NCBI GenBank assembly: GCA_937914865.1
Contig: CALDMD010000103.1
Location: forward strand, 6,856-70,855
DNA from: an uncultured Prevotella sp.
GTDB taxonomy: Bacteria; Bacteroidota; Bacteroidia; Bacteroidales; Bacteroidaceae
Length of the DNA stretch: 64,000 nt
Reading direction: 5' to 3'
Of the stretch, positions 18,790 through 29,250 are shown piece by piece. Under the pieces are notes generated by a model, which made no database searches, was not told where the DNA came from, and saw only the letters and a list, made by a program, of their open reading frames with translations. Position numbers and translations under genes: made by a program. The stretch's first letter is position 1. Every line of letters starts with the position of its first letter.

Positions 18790-18873
18790 AATTCATAATA
18801 TATTACATACGGCTTTAACTTCTGTAACTTCTTTATTTACTTTAAATTCCACAAATCCGAAACTTCAATAAAT

Positions 18874-20760
18874 ATGTATCTACGCAGAATATTATTGTTG
18901 ATAGCGATGGTCGGGGCGTTTGCCGGCGCAGTCGCCCAAGAGCGCTTCTCACCGTTTCCCGACGCATCGTCCTCCTATTGGCGCAAACATATTCCCCGTG
19001 CCATGCGTGATGACTACATTCGTTTGGGGCGTGAGAACGTGGCGCAGCCGTGGACGAGAATACCCGACAACGTGTTTGCCGAGTTCCGCACAACGGGCAA
19101 CCGCATCAACTATGAGGACAAGTGTTTCGCCGTGCGTCGACGCCTGGCTTGCCTTGTCATGGCAGAGATAATGGAGCATCGCGGCAGGTTCATGCCTTCG
19201 ATAGCCAAAGGACTCCACTATTTCCTCGACGACGAACCTTGGTGGGGGCTGCCAGCCCACTATCCCAAGGCGCAGCCCGACTCTGCAGTGCAGGTGGTCG
19301 ATCTCTTCAATGCCGAGACTTCGTCGATGCTCGCATGGACAATCTACATGCTTGGCGATGAAATAAACCGCACGGAAGCGGGACTGGCAGGGCGTGTGCG
19401 CGGTGAGATAGTGAGACGGTTCATACGTCCCACGCTCAACGAACGTCAGGGATGGATGCAGAATGCCAACAACTGGAACACGTGGATAACGAGCAACTTC
19501 CTTGAATGTTCACTCCTTTGTCTTGAAAGCGGAACCCGTGAGCGCGGTGCTGCTCTTCGCACGGTCGAGGCATGTATGCGCCTGTTTCTTAAAGGCTATC
19601 CCGACGACGGCGGATGCGAGGAGGGCGTAGGCTACTGGGACAGGGCAGGGGCATCGTTCTTCGAGTCGTTGTGGATGCTGCGTGCTGCCGAGCCGTCGCT
19701 CACCGCGACCGACCACCGATACGTTCTCACTACGGCTGAACAGGAAAAGGTGGCTGCCATGGGACGGTTCATCACCACGATGCACATCAGCGACCTCTCG
19801 TTCGTAAACTTCTCCGACGCACAGGTGCACAATGTGCCGAACATAAACATCCTTTTCCCCTATGGAACGTGGATTGGCGACAACGGCATGAAGGAGTTTG
19901 CTGCCTATATAGCCAAGAAGTACGACTATTTCGGCAAGCCATCGACACTCTTCCTGCAGTCGGGCAACTGGCCTACGCTCAACCGTGAGCTGATGCTCCT
20001 CTCCATGCTCCCGCAACTGCGCGATGCCAAGGCTGCGCAGCCGACAACGCGCGACGCATGGCTCGCCAACTCGCAGGTGATGGTGGCACGCAATGCCGAC
20101 TGGCTTGTAGCTGCCAAGGGCGGCACCAACGGCGAGAGCCACAACCACAACGACATCGGCAACTTCATTGTCTATCACAACTCCCAGCCCGTCGTCATCG
20201 ACCTCGGACGCGATACCTACACGTCGCAGACATTCAGCCAGCGACGCTTCGAGCTGATGAACAACCGTTCCATGTATCATAATGTGCCGCTCGTAAACGG
20301 TTTTGAGCAACACGACGGACGGCAGTATCGCGCCTCGGGAGTGTGGCACAACGCCAACGACACCGCCTCCGTCTTCTCCCTCGACATTGCCAAGGCTTAT
20401 CCCGAAGAGGCAGGCGTAGACAAGTGGCGACGCACCATAACGCTCAACCGCAAGCGTGACTGTGTGGAAATCGCAGAGGATTGTGCCACTGGCGACGGTT
20501 GCAACCAAGCGGTGCTAATGTGCTATGGCAAACCAGATTTGCTTTTGCCAGGCCGTGTGGCGCTTGCTGACGGCAGCGTCACGCTGGTATACGATGCCGG
20601 CAAGGCTGTGGTGTCGTGGGAGAAGGTGGCAATGAACGACGGCATAATGAAGACGCAGTGGAAAGACAATGTATACAGGATTGTGCTGACTGTCAACGGT
20701 GGTGTGGCATTGTTTGACTACAGGTTTGAGCAGCCGCTTATCTCACAGAAAAGGAATTGA
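18874..20760 (+). CDS. heparinase II/III-like protein (candidate polysaccharide lyase)
   Basis: 628 aa with a signal peptide. N-terminal alpha/alpha-toroid-like half and a C-terminal segment GGTNGESHNHNDIGNFIVY typical of the Hepar_II_III family. Confidence 0.7.
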   Translation: MYLRRILLLIAMVGAFAGAVAQERFSPFPDASSSYWRKHIPRAMRDDYIRLGRENVAQPWTRIPDNVFAEFRTTGNRINYEDKCFAVRRRLACLVMAEIMEHRGRFMPSIAKGLHYFLDDEPWWGLPAHYPKAQPDSAVQVVDLFNAETSSMLAWTIYMLGDEINRTEAGLAGRVRGEIVRRFIRPTLNERQGWMQNANNWNTWITSNFLECSLLCLESGTRERGAALRTVEACMRLFLKGYPDDGGCEEGVGYWDRAGASFFESLWMLRAAEPSLTATDHRYVLTTAEQEKVAAMGRFITTMHISDLSFVNFSDAQVHNVPNINILFPYGTWIGDNGMKEFAAYIAKKYDYFGKPSTLFLQSGNWPTLNRELMLLSMLPQLRDAKAAQPTTRDAWLANSQVMVARNADWLVAAKGGTNGESHNHNDIGNFIVYHNSQPVVIDLGRDTYTSQTFSQRRFELMNNRSMYHNVPLVNGFEQHDGRQYRASGVWHNANDTASVFSLDIAKAYPEEAGVDKWRRTITLNRKRDCVEIAEDCATGDGCNQAVLMCYGKPDLLLPGRVALADGSVTLVYDAGKAVVSWEKVAMNDGIMKTQWKDNVYRIVLTVNGGVALFDYRFEQPLISQKRN

Positions 20761-20982
20761 GAAGTCTGGAAAAGTATTGGAATCAGTAAGAGGCACAGCC
20801 TCCTACTGATTATATATGATTAATTCTGAGCGATTACTTATGAAAAAACAGTCAGAAAAGGTCAATATAATACTAGAAGAAGAAACATAAAATGATTACT
20901 TATGTGTGCGCCAGCGAGACCGACGTGCGCGTCGTGGCTGATTTTGAGTTGAAGTAAATCCGTCAACAAATTATAAAGAAAA

Positions 20983-21024
20983 CTGCGATTTGAATGGCAA
21001 GAAACATTCAAATCGCAGTTTTTT
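20983..21024 (+). terminator. rho-independent terminator
   Basis: ctgcgatttgaatg-gcaagaaa-cattcaaatcgcag followed by tttttt. Confidence 0.75.
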
Positions 21025-21122
21025 ATTGTTATAATACATGTATTAAACTACCATTTATCGACCATTATTGATAATTACCTATTTTTTACTGATAATAGTC
21101 AGTTGCAGGATTTATTAGTTGG

Positions 21123-21130
21123 TAAATTTG
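21123..21130 (+). promoter_or_regulatory. -7 box (TAAATTTG) upstream of the GH43 gene at 21181
   Basis: TAAATTTGCA lies about 50 nt upstream of the ATG. Confidence 0.45.
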
Positions 21131-21180
21131 CATTAACTGATAACTAAAGAAATATATAATAACTAAACAATAAATATTCT

Positions 21181-22299
21181 ATGAAGAAAATTTTCGCCGC
21201 GCTCTTCGCGCTGCAACTCTCTTGTATGCCGCTCCTCGCTCAGGCTCCTATGGATGGAGGCGTGTGGAAGGACAACACGGGCAAGCATATCAATGCCCAT
21301 GGTGGTAGTATATTCAACTACAAAGGCACGTATTACTGGTATGGCGAAAGCCGCTCCGACGACGGCAAGCCATACAGCTCGCTTGGCGTGAGTTGCTTCA
21401 CTTCGAAGAATCTGAAGGATTGGACTAATCACGGACTTGTACTCCCCGTTTCTAAGGAGCAGGGTAGCGACATCGAGGGCGGTTGCATCATAGAGCGTCC
21501 GAAGGTGCTATACAATGCGAAGACAAAGAAATTCGTCATGTGGTTTCATCTGGAGCTGAAAGGACAAGGCTATGTTGCGGCACGCGCTGCCGTGGCTGTG
21601 AGCGACACTCCGTTCGGCCCGTTCCGCTTTGTGCGCTCGGGTCGTGTTAATGCCGGATTGTATCCCATAGGCTTCGCAAAGCCCGACACTACCGACCTGC
21701 GCCACCAGCTTCTCTATCCCGAGCTGAAGAAGTGGTGGACTCCCGAATGGCGCACGCAGATAGAGCGCGGCATGTTCTTCATGCGCGACCTTGACGGCGG
21801 ACAGATGGCACGCGACATGACCGTGTTCGTAGACGACGACGGCAAGGCTTACCACATATTCTCTTCGGAGGACAACCTGACAATACAGATCGCACAGCTC
21901 ACCGACGACTACATGCAGCACAACGGATCGTTCGTGCGCGTGGCTGCCGGAGGACAGAACGAGGCTCCGACCATCTTCAAGAAAGACGGCACCTACTGGA
22001 TGATCACCAGCGGTTGCACCGGTTGGGCACCAAATGCCGCCCGCATGTTCCGCGCGAAGAACATCTTCGGTCCGTGGGAGCAACTGCCCAACCCATGTCG
22101 TGGCGAGGGTGCCGACAAGACGTTCGGCGCACAAGGCACATATATTTATAAGGTGGAGACAGCCGCGCAGAAGAAGATGTTCCATGGCGCCGACTATGTG
22201 TTCATGGCTGATATGTGGAACCCGAAGCACTTGAGCGACAGCCGCCATCTGTGGATTCCTATTGTGTTTGAGAATGGAATGCCGGTGTTGAAAAAGTAA
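21181..22299 (+). CDS. GH43 glycoside hydrolase (possibly subfamily 24, exo-beta-1,3-galactanase-like)
   Basis: 372 aa with a signal peptide. N-terminal WKDNTGKHINAHGGSI..GTYYWYGE. The subfamily call is from memory of the AHGG/YYWYGE signature and is unverified. Confidence 0.75.
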   Translation: MKKIFAALFALQLSCMPLLAQAPMDGGVWKDNTGKHINAHGGSIFNYKGTYYWYGESRSDDGKPYSSLGVSCFTSKNLKDWTNHGLVLPVSKEQGSDIEGGCIIERPKVLYNAKTKKFVMWFHLELKGQGYVAARAAVAVSDTPFGPFRFVRSGRVNAGLYPIGFAKPDTTDLRHQLLYPELKKWWTPEWRTQIERGMFFMRDLDGGQMARDMTVFVDDDGKAYHIFSSEDNLTIQIAQLTDDYMQHNGSFVRVAAGGQNEAPTIFKKDGTYWMITSGCTGWAPNAARMFRAKNIFGPWEQLPNPCRGEGADKTFGAQGTYIYKVETAAQKKMFHGADYVFMADMWNPKHLSDSRHLWIPIVFENGMPVLKK

Positions 22300-22306
22300 A
22301 TAAAAA

Positions 22307-23578
22307 ATGAAAAGAATACTGAGATCTATTATTCTTGCCGTTGTCATTCTCGTTGCACCATTGTCGGTGTCGGCAGCCAAGAAGAAAACCCCACAGCAAA
22401 GCGACCGCCAGTATTGGTGCTCGCTTGCCTACCGCATGGCGCAGCCCGTGCTTGAGAACATGTCGAAGGGCGAACTGCAGAAGAACATGCAGACAGAGTT
22501 CAGCCCGAGTTTCGACAACCGCAACCGCAAGGTGCTCTATATGGAGTGCTTCGGAAGACTCATGGCGGGCATAGCCCCGTGGCTGACCCTGCCCGACGAC
22601 AACACCGCTGAGGGCAAACAGCGCAAGCAACTCAGAGAGTGGGCGCTGCAGTCGTACAAGAATGCCGTAGACCCCCAGAGTCCCGACTATCTCTGCTGGG
22701 GCATTGGCGGACAGAACCTTGTCGATGCTGCCTACATAGCCGAGAGTTTCCTCCGTGCCTACGACACACTGTGGATGCCGCTCGACAACGAGACCAAGCA
22801 ACGCTACTTCGCGGAGTTTCGCAAGCTGCGCAAAATCGACCCTCCCTATACCAACTGGCTGCTCTTCTCGTCGACAATAGAGAGCTTCATGGCGAAGGCA
22901 GGTGGCGAATACGACGAGTATCGCGTCAACTCGGCTTGCCGCAAGATGGAGGAGTGGTACGTTGGCGACGGATGGTATTCCGACGGCCCCTCGTTTGCCT
23001 TCGACTACTACAGTTCATACGTGTTCCATCCCATGTATCTTGAGACACTGCAGGCAATGGTCGACGCCAAGGCAAACACACGTATTGACTATAAGAAATA
23101 CTATGACCGAGAGCTGAAGCGTTGCCAGAAATATGCCATCGTGCTTGAGCGTTTCATCGCTCCCGACGGCACATTCCCCGTGTTCGGTCGCAGCATACCC
23201 TACCGCATGGCGGCAATGCAGCCGCTGGCTCTCATGGCTTGGTATCAGACTCTGCCGAAGGATCTGGGCAATGGGCAGGTGCGTGCGGTTCTCACGAAGT
23301 CGCTCCATCGCATGTTCGACCATCAGCAGAACTTCAATGAGGGTGGCTATCTCACTATCGGCTTCTGCGGACATCAGCCCAACATAGCCGACTGGTACAC
23401 CAACAACGGTTCGCTCTACATGACCACGCTCGCCTTCATGCCGCTCGCACTGCCTGCCGACCATCCTTTCTGGACCGACGCACCGCAGCCCTGGACTCAG
23501 GTGAAGGCATGGAACGGCGAGGCGTTCCCGAAGGATCACCATTGGAGCGACGACATTCAGACTAAGGACAAGTGGTGA
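22307..23578 (+). CDS. DUF2264-like periplasmic protein (possible GH154-type uronidase)
   Basis: 423 aa with a signal peptide, 7 nt after the GH43 stop. Overall resemblance to DUF2264 proteins of Bacteroides PULs. The family name is recalled, not searched. Confidence 0.5.
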   Translation: MKRILRSIILAVVILVAPLSVSAAKKKTPQQSDRQYWCSLAYRMAQPVLENMSKGELQKNMQTEFSPSFDNRNRKVLYMECFGRLMAGIAPWLTLPDDNTAEGKQRKQLREWALQSYKNAVDPQSPDYLCWGIGGQNLVDAAYIAESFLRAYDTLWMPLDNETKQRYFAEFRKLRKIDPPYTNWLLFSSTIESFMAKAGGEYDEYRVNSACRKMEEWYVGDGWYSDGPSFAFDYYSSYVFHPMYLETLQAMVDAKANTRIDYKKYYDRELKRCQKYAIVLERFIAPDGTFPVFGRSIPYRMAAMQPLALMAWYQTLPKDLGNGQVRAVLTKSLHRMFDHQQNFNEGGYLTIGFCGHQPNIADWYTNNGSLYMTTLAFMPLALPADHPFWTDAPQPWTQVKAWNGEAFPKDHHWSDDIQTKDKW

Positions 23579-23610
23579 CTGGGATAGGGGGCGCCCTCGC
23601 CCCCGACATT
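23578..23610. repeat. solo copy of the REP-like element that is arrayed at 44.0-44.3 kb
   Basis: actgggatagggggcgccctcgcccccgacat contains the same palindromic core, gggggcg-ccc-tcgccccc. Confidence 0.8.
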
Positions 23611-23650
23611 TATTCAGAATACATACAAAAAAGATTGATACATAATCACA

Positions 23651-24793
23651 ATGAAGAAGATATTTCTATTTATCATATCTCTGTTGGCGGTTCTCCCGTC
23701 AATGGCCAAGACTTGGACTCCCGACCAGGTGAAGGAGCTCATAGCACGTGTGAACACCTACTGGCAGCAGAACAACAAGGTTGAGGTGCGCTCCTTCTGG
23801 GACAACGCAGCCTATCATACGGGCAACATGGAAGCCTACAAACTATTGAAGGACGACAAGCAGCTCGACTATTCGCTGCGCTGGGCATACTACAACAACT
23901 GGAGCGGAGCCACCGAGGCCGACCCGCGCCGCTGGAAGTATGCCACATACGGCGAAGGCAAGGACTTCGTGCTCTTCGGCGACTGGCAGGTTTGCTTTCA
24001 AACTTATATCGACCTCTACAACCTCGCTCTTGCCAACGGCGGCACCGATGCCGACAACTCTTTCATGGTGAAGCGTGCCAAGGAGGTGATGCACTACGAG
24101 GCTTACTCGAAGAACAACGACTACTGGTGGTGGAGCGATGCTCTCTACATGGTGATGCCGGTGATGACAAAGATGTACAAGCTCACGGGTGATGCGCGGT
24201 ATCTCGACAAACTATATGAGAACCTGCTCTATTCCGACAGCATAATGCTCGACGCTGAGACGGGCTTTTATTATCGCGACGCTCGCTACGTCTATCCCAA
24301 GCACAAGAGCGTGAACGGCAAGAAGGATTTCTGGGCACGTGGCGACGGATGGGTGCTCGCCGGACTCGCCAAGGTGCTCCAGGATATGCCGAAGGACTAC
24401 AAGCACTACCAATTCTTTGTTGACAAGTTCCGCCGCCTTGCCGACATTGTGGCAAAGACACAGCAGAAGGAGGGCTACTGGACTCGCTCCATTATGGATG
24501 CCAACCATGCTCCCGGACCTGAGACAAGCGGTACGGCTTTCTTCACCTACGGCATCCTCTGGGGTGTGAACAACGGCTTCCTTGCAAAGAAGGACTACAA
24601 GAAATGTATCGACCGCGCATGGCAGTACATCTCCGAGACAGCGGTACAGGCCGACGGCAAGGTGGGCTACGTGCAGCCTATCGGCGACCGTGCCATCCCT
24701 GGACAGACTGTCGATGCCAACTCACAGGCCAACTTCGGAGTGGGTGCTGTGCTTCTTGCTTCCTGCGAGTATTACAGATACATTGCCAAGTAA
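23651..24793 (+). CDS. GH105 unsaturated rhamnogalacturonyl/glucuronyl hydrolase (YteR-like)
   Basis: 380 aa with a signal peptide. FWARGDGWVLAGL motif and (alpha/alpha)6-type sequence typical of GH105/GH88. Confidence 0.8.
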   Translation: MKKIFLFIISLLAVLPSMAKTWTPDQVKELIARVNTYWQQNNKVEVRSFWDNAAYHTGNMEAYKLLKDDKQLDYSLRWAYYNNWSGATEADPRRWKYATYGEGKDFVLFGDWQVCFQTYIDLYNLALANGGTDADNSFMVKRAKEVMHYEAYSKNNDYWWWSDALYMVMPVMTKMYKLTGDARYLDKLYENLLYSDSIMLDAETGFYYRDARYVYPKHKSVNGKKDFWARGDGWVLAGLAKVLQDMPKDYKHYQFFVDKFRRLADIVAKTQQKEGYWTRSIMDANHAPGPETSGTAFFTYGILWGVNNGFLAKKDYKKCIDRAWQYISETAVQADGKVGYVQPIGDRAIPGQTVDANSQANFGVGAVLLASCEYYRYIAK

Positions 24794-24853
24794 AAAACAG
24801 AAGTTTGTCTTTTGCGGATAATTACAGCTTTAGTAAATAAAAGCAATAACGAA

Positions 24854-26080
24854 ATGTTGAAAAATATCAAATCACTTCTTGTCATATTCTCCCTGTTTTG
24901 TGCAGAGGAACTTCCTGCCAAAGTTGTGTTGTCGGCTACCAACACGTCTGCTGTGCAGCGTAATGAGGTGGTAGCTTTTGATGCTGCAGATGTGATGAAG
25001 CGTCTCGGTACAGCATCGCTCTCACAGATTGTGGTGAAGGATTCGTACAACCAGCCTGTTGCCTATCAGCTCACTCACGACGGAAAGTTGCTTGTCGAAG
25101 CCAGTGTGCGTCCTCATGGGGTGGCGCATTTTGTGGTGGAGCCGGGCATTAAGCAGCAGTTTCGCAGTTATGTCGACGGATATTTCTCACACTGGCGTGC
25201 CGATGATTTCACTTGGGAGAACGACCTTTGTGCCTACCGTGCCTATGGTCCTGCCCTTCAGCGTAGCGGAGAGAAGGCGTTTGGGTTTGACGTATGGATG
25301 AAGTCGACCTCCGAACTTGACGTGCGCCGCCGCTACCAGTTGCATCGCGAGGCTTGCGAGGAGCGTGATGAGCTGCGCCGACAGGGACGACAGTCGGAAG
25401 TGGATTCTCTGTTTGACACAAAATCGTTCCATGTAGACCACGGACGCGGGCTCGACTGCTACAGTGTCGGTCCGAGTCTTGGCTGCGGTACACCGGCAAT
25501 AATGCTTGGCGACAGTATTGTAATGCCTTGGGCATTCAAGGACTATAAGGTCTTGGACAACGGTCCGCTGCGCATCACATTCGAACTTGTCTATCCGGAA
25601 GTGGATATAAATGGCCAACATGTGACGGAACATCGTGTGATAACTCTTGACAAGGGCTCACATTTTAACAAACTTACTGTTTGGTATGATGGTCTCACAC
25701 ATCCCGCAACAGTTTGCAGTGGAATGGTTATGCATACAGAAGAATCTGCCGACCTCACTCTTGCCAAGGATTATGTGGCTTATTGCGACCCGACCGATTC
25801 GCCCGACCGGCACAACTTCCAAATTTATGTCGCTACGGTTTATCCCGGCGGTGTGGACAAAACACGCACGGTTAAAGATGCCTTGCACAGAAAGCAGGGC
25901 ATAGTAGGCAATGCCGTCGGCATCAAGCGCGGATTGAAGGGCGGTGAGCAATGGACTTACTGGTTTGGCGCATCATGGTGCAAGAGTGCGACAGCCGACA
26001 AGGCGGCATGGCTTCAGCAAATCCGTACATTTATAGACAACAGCAAGGCACCAATACAGACTGCTGTCCTGCAAGAGTGA
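24854..26080 (+). CDS. DUF4861-like protein (pectin/uronate-cluster associated)
   Basis: ORF 24812-26080. The likely start is MLKNIKSLLVIFSLF.. at 24854, which gives a signal peptide. The family name is recalled from frequent co-location with kduI/kduD in Bacteroidota. Confidence 0.5.
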   Translation: MLKNIKSLLVIFSLFCAEELPAKVVLSATNTSAVQRNEVVAFDAADVMKRLGTASLSQIVVKDSYNQPVAYQLTHDGKLLVEASVRPHGVAHFVVEPGIKQQFRSYVDGYFSHWRADDFTWENDLCAYRAYGPALQRSGEKAFGFDVWMKSTSELDVRRRYQLHREACEERDELRRQGRQSEVDSLFDTKSFHVDHGRGLDCYSVGPSLGCGTPAIMLGDSIVMPWAFKDYKVLDNGPLRITFELVYPEVDINGQHVTEHRVITLDKGSHFNKLTVWYDGLTHPATVCSGMVMHTEESADLTLAKDYVAYCDPTDSPDRHNFQIYVATVYPGGVDKTRTVKDALHRKQGIVGNAVGIKRGLKGGEQWTYWFGASWCKSATADKAAWLQQIRTFIDNSKAPIQTAVLQE

Positions 26081-26132
26081 AAGACTGTAAGTAAGTGACT
26101 ATATATAGAAACATATAAAAAACAATATAATT

Positions 26133-27155
26133 ATGGCAAAGATTATAACACTTGGCGAGATAATGCTCCGCCTTTCACCCGACGGCAACGACCGTTTCAT
26201 CCAGACCGACCATTTCCGCATTATTCCCGGAGGTGGTGAGGCAAACGTGGCTGTGAGTCTCGCTAACTACGGCCATAACGCCTATTTCGTGAGCAAACTC
26301 CCGAAACATGAGATAGGGCAGATCGCCGTCAACGCATTGCGTCGCTATGGTGTCGACACACGATACATAGCTCGTGGCGGCAACCGTATCGGACTCTATT
26401 ATGCCGAGACGGGGGCGTCGATGCGTCCATCAAAGGTTATCTACGACCGTGCCAACTCGTCTATCGCTGAGGCTGATCCATCCGACTTCGATTTCGACGC
26501 CATTATGGATGGCGCACAGTGGTTTCACTGGAGTGGCATAACACCTGCAATAAGCGACAAGGCAGCACTGCTCGTCAAGTTGGCTTGCGAGGCAGCCAAG
26601 CGCCACGGCGTGACGGTGAGCGTCGACCTCAACTTCCGCAAGAAACTGTGGACATCGGAGAAGGCTATCTCTGTGATGCGCCCGCTGATGCAGTATGTCG
26701 ACGTGTGCATAGGCAACGAAGAGGATGCGCAGCTCTGCCTCGGCTTCAAGCCCGATGCCGATGTGGAGGGAGGAAAGACCGACGCGAGCGGCTATCACAA
26801 GATTTTTGAGCAGATGCAGCGTGAGTTCGGCTTCAAGTATGTTGTCTCAACATTGCGCGAGAGCCATTCTGCCACACACAACGGCTGGAAGGCACTTATA
26901 TATAATGGTAAAGACTTCTACGAGAGCCGCCACTACGACATCATGCCTATCGTCGACCGTGTGGGTGGTGGCGACTCGTTCTCAGGCGGACTTATCCATG
27001 GACTCCTTACGAAGGAGACGCAAGGCGAGGCCCTGGAGTTTGCTGTGGCTGCCTCGGCATTGAAGCATACAGTCAACGGCGACTTCAATCTTGTCTCGGC
27101 TGATGAGGTTGAGGCTTTGGCGGCAGGCAATGCCAACGGCAGGGTGCAGAGATAA
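26133..27155 (+). CDS. kdgK: 2-dehydro-3-deoxygluconokinase (PfkB family)
   Basis: 340 aa. PfkB N-terminal GGGEANVA and C-terminal DRVGGGDSF motifs. Sits beside eda. Confidence 0.85.
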   Translation: MAKIITLGEIMLRLSPDGNDRFIQTDHFRIIPGGGEANVAVSLANYGHNAYFVSKLPKHEIGQIAVNALRRYGVDTRYIARGGNRIGLYYAETGASMRPSKVIYDRANSSIAEADPSDFDFDAIMDGAQWFHWSGITPAISDKAALLVKLACEAAKRHGVTVSVDLNFRKKLWTSEKAISVMRPLMQYVDVCIGNEEDAQLCLGFKPDADVEGGKTDASGYHKIFEQMQREFGFKYVVSTLRESHSATHNGWKALIYNGKDFYESRHYDIMPIVDRVGGGDSFSGGLIHGLLTKETQGEALEFAVAASALKHTVNGDFNLVSADEVEALAAGNANGRVQR

Positions 27156-27188
27156 TTTTTGAAACATATTTTAATACTGAATTTGATT

Positions 27189-27857
27189 ATGGCAAGATTC
27201 AACAAACAGCAGGTACTCTCGAAGATTGTTTCCACCGGAATGGTGCCTGTGTTCTATAATAAAGATGTCGAGACAGCCAAGCGCGTTGTCAAGGCTTGTT
27301 ACGACGGTGGAGTGCGTGCATTTGAGTTTACCAACCGTGGCGACTTTGCCCATGAGGTGTTTGCCGAGGTGGTGAAGTTTGCAGCCGTGGAGTGTCCCGA
27401 CTTGGCAATGGGTGTGGGCAGCGTTGTCGATGCCCCGACGGCAAGTCTGTACATACAGCTTGGGGCTTGCTTTGTTGTCGGTCCGTTGTTCAATCCTGAT
27501 GTGGCAAAGGTGTGCAACCGCCGCCTTGTGCCTTACACGCCGGGATGCGGTTCGGTGACAGAGGTGGGCATGGCCCAGGAAGTGGGCTGCGACCTTTGCA
27601 AGGTGTTCCCCGGCGATGTACTCGGCCCGAAGTTCGTAAAGGGATTGAAGGCTCCAATGCCATGGTCGCTCATCATGGTGACGGGTGGCGTGTCGCCCGA
27701 CGAGGAAAACCTCACGGCATGGATCAAGGCTGGTGCCACATGTGTGGGCATGGGCTCCAAGCTGTTCCCAAAGGATGTCGTGGCTGCCGGCGACTGGCAG
27801 AAAGTGAGCGACAAGTGTCGTGAGGCTCTTGGCTATATAGCCAAGGCACGTGGGTAG
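27189..27857 (+). CDS. eda: KDPG / 4-hydroxy-2-oxoglutarate aldolase
   Basis: ORF 27159-27857, with probable start MARFNKQQ at 27189. Eda-like segments: [23 protein letters not shown]. Confidence 0.85.
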   Translation: MARFNKQQVLSKIVSTGMVPVFYNKDVETAKRVVKACYDGGVRAFEFTNRGDFAHEVFAEVVKFAAVECPDLAMGVGSVVDAPTASLYIQLGACFVVGPLFNPDVAKVCNRRLVPYTPGCGSVTEVGMAQEVGCDLCKVFPGDVLGPKFVKGLKAPMPWSLIMVTGGVSPDEENLTAWIKAGATCVGMGSKLFPKDVVAAGDWQKVSDKCREALGYIAKARG

Positions 27858-27881
27858 AGAAACATGCAAAAAAGATAATAA

Positions 27882-29246
27882 ATGGAACATGTTTTCAGTT
27901 ATATAATCAGTCTTGGAGCGCCCGTGATGATGCCTATTCTGTTCACAGTAATAGGTCTGTGCATAGGCTTGGGCTTCGGGCGCTCGCTCAAGTCGGGACT
28001 CTATGTCGGTGTGGGCTTCGTCGGACTGGGTCTCGTTACTGCCCTGCTGACCAACCACTTTGGCGACCCGCTGGCAGAGATATCCGAGATATACAGTCTC
28101 CAGCTCAAGGTGTTCGACATGGGGTGGCCGGCGGCGGCATCCGTAGCATACAACACGGCGGTGGGTGCGCTCATCATTCCCGTGTGCCTCGGCATCAATT
28201 TCCTGATGCTTGTCACGAAGACCACGCGCACCGTCAACATCGACCTTTGGAACTACTGGCACTATGCCTTCATTGGTGCAGTGGCGTATTTCGTCATGGG
28301 CAACAGTCTGGCATGGGGATATTTCGCAGCCATCGTGTGCTACATCATCACACTCGTCATGGCAGACCTCACAGCCGAGCGCTTTCAGGGTTATTACAAA
28401 AACCTTGACGGCATATCCATACCGCAGCCGTTCTGCCAGAGTTTCGTGCCGTTTGCCGAGGTGATATGCCGCCTGCTCGACCGCATACCGGGCTTCTCGC
28501 GCCTCGACATCGATGCCGAAGGCTTGAAGCGCAAGTTTGGCGTGCTTGGCGAGCCGCTTGTGCTTGGCGTGATAGTGGGCGTACTGATAGGAGCACTGGC
28601 ATGTCTCGACGTGAAGCAGATACTGTCGCTTGGCGTGACGATGGGAGCCGTCATGGAGCTCATTCCGCGCATCACGCGCCTCTTCATCGACGGCCTGATG
28701 CCCGTGTCGGAAAAGACAAAGGAAGTGGTTGCACGCCACTTCAAGGGCAAGAAGGTGTTCATCGGCATGAGTCCGGCATTGGTGATAGGTCATCCCACGA
28801 CACTTGTCGTGTCGCTCCTGCTCATCCCCGTGATGCTCGGGCTTGCCGTAGTGCTGCCCGGCAACCAGTTCTTGCCGCTTGCCTCGCTTGCCGGCATGTT
28901 CTATGTGTTTCCGATGGTGTTGCCGGTGACAAAGGGCAATGTCGTAAAGACATTCACCGTAGGTCTTGTGGCACTCGCGATAGGACTCTATTTCGTCACC
29001 GACATGGCTCCCGATTTCACCCTCGCTGCCAATGCCGTGTACGACGCCACGCAGGATGCGGCAGCCAACATTCCCGACGATTTTGACGGCGGCGCACTCG
29101 ATTTTGCCTCGTCGCTTCTCGGATGGAGCATCTACAAGCTCGTGTGCTATGGCAAGTATGTCGGCGCAGCTGTGCTTGTGGTAGTGACACTGGGCTTGAT
29201 GGCATACAACAGAAAGAAGATAATAGAAGAAGAAAAACAACAGTAA
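27882..29246 (+). CDS. PTS galactitol-type EIIC (GatC-family) integral membrane permease, stand-alone
   Basis: 454 aa and polytopic. Collinear with E. coli GatC as recalled (ILxLGAPVMxPI, VDxGWP, NIDxWNxWH, KFGxxGEP, GxxPALxxGH blocks). No EIIA/EIIB/HPr/EI gene is present in the window. Confidence 0.8.
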   Translation: MEHVFSYIISLGAPVMMPILFTVIGLCIGLGFGRSLKSGLYVGVGFVGLGLVTALLTNHFGDPLAEISEIYSLQLKVFDMGWPAAASVAYNTAVGALIIPVCLGINFLMLVTKTTRTVNIDLWNYWHYAFIGAVAYFVMGNSLAWGYFAAIVCYIITLVMADLTAERFQGYYKNLDGISIPQPFCQSFVPFAEVICRLLDRIPGFSRLDIDAEGLKRKFGVLGEPLVLGVIVGVLIGALACLDVKQILSLGVTMGAVMELIPRITRLFIDGLMPVSEKTKEVVARHFKGKKVFIGMSPALVIGHPTTLVVSLLLIPVMLGLAVVLPGNQFLPLASLAGMFYVFPMVLPVTKGNVVKTFTVGLVALAIGLYFVTDMAPDFTLAANAVYDATQDAAANIPDDFDGGALDFASSLLGWSIYKLVCYGKYVGAAVLVVVTLGLMAYNRKKIIEEEKQQ

Positions 29247-29250
29247 AGAC

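Noticed and set aside
18310-18873. The gene-free 560-bp region as a hidden tRNA, rRNA or riboswitch.
   Set aside because: No cloverleaf-compatible segment and no conserved riboswitch core that I recognise. The dominant signal is the large two-armed palindrome, reported separately.
20761-20982. Tiny ORFs (16-21 codons) and the direct repeat gattacttatg (x2) after the heparinase-like gene.
   Set aside because: They are too short and AT-rich to distinguish from chance, and no supporting structure or motif is present. Only the strong terminator at 20983-21024 was kept.
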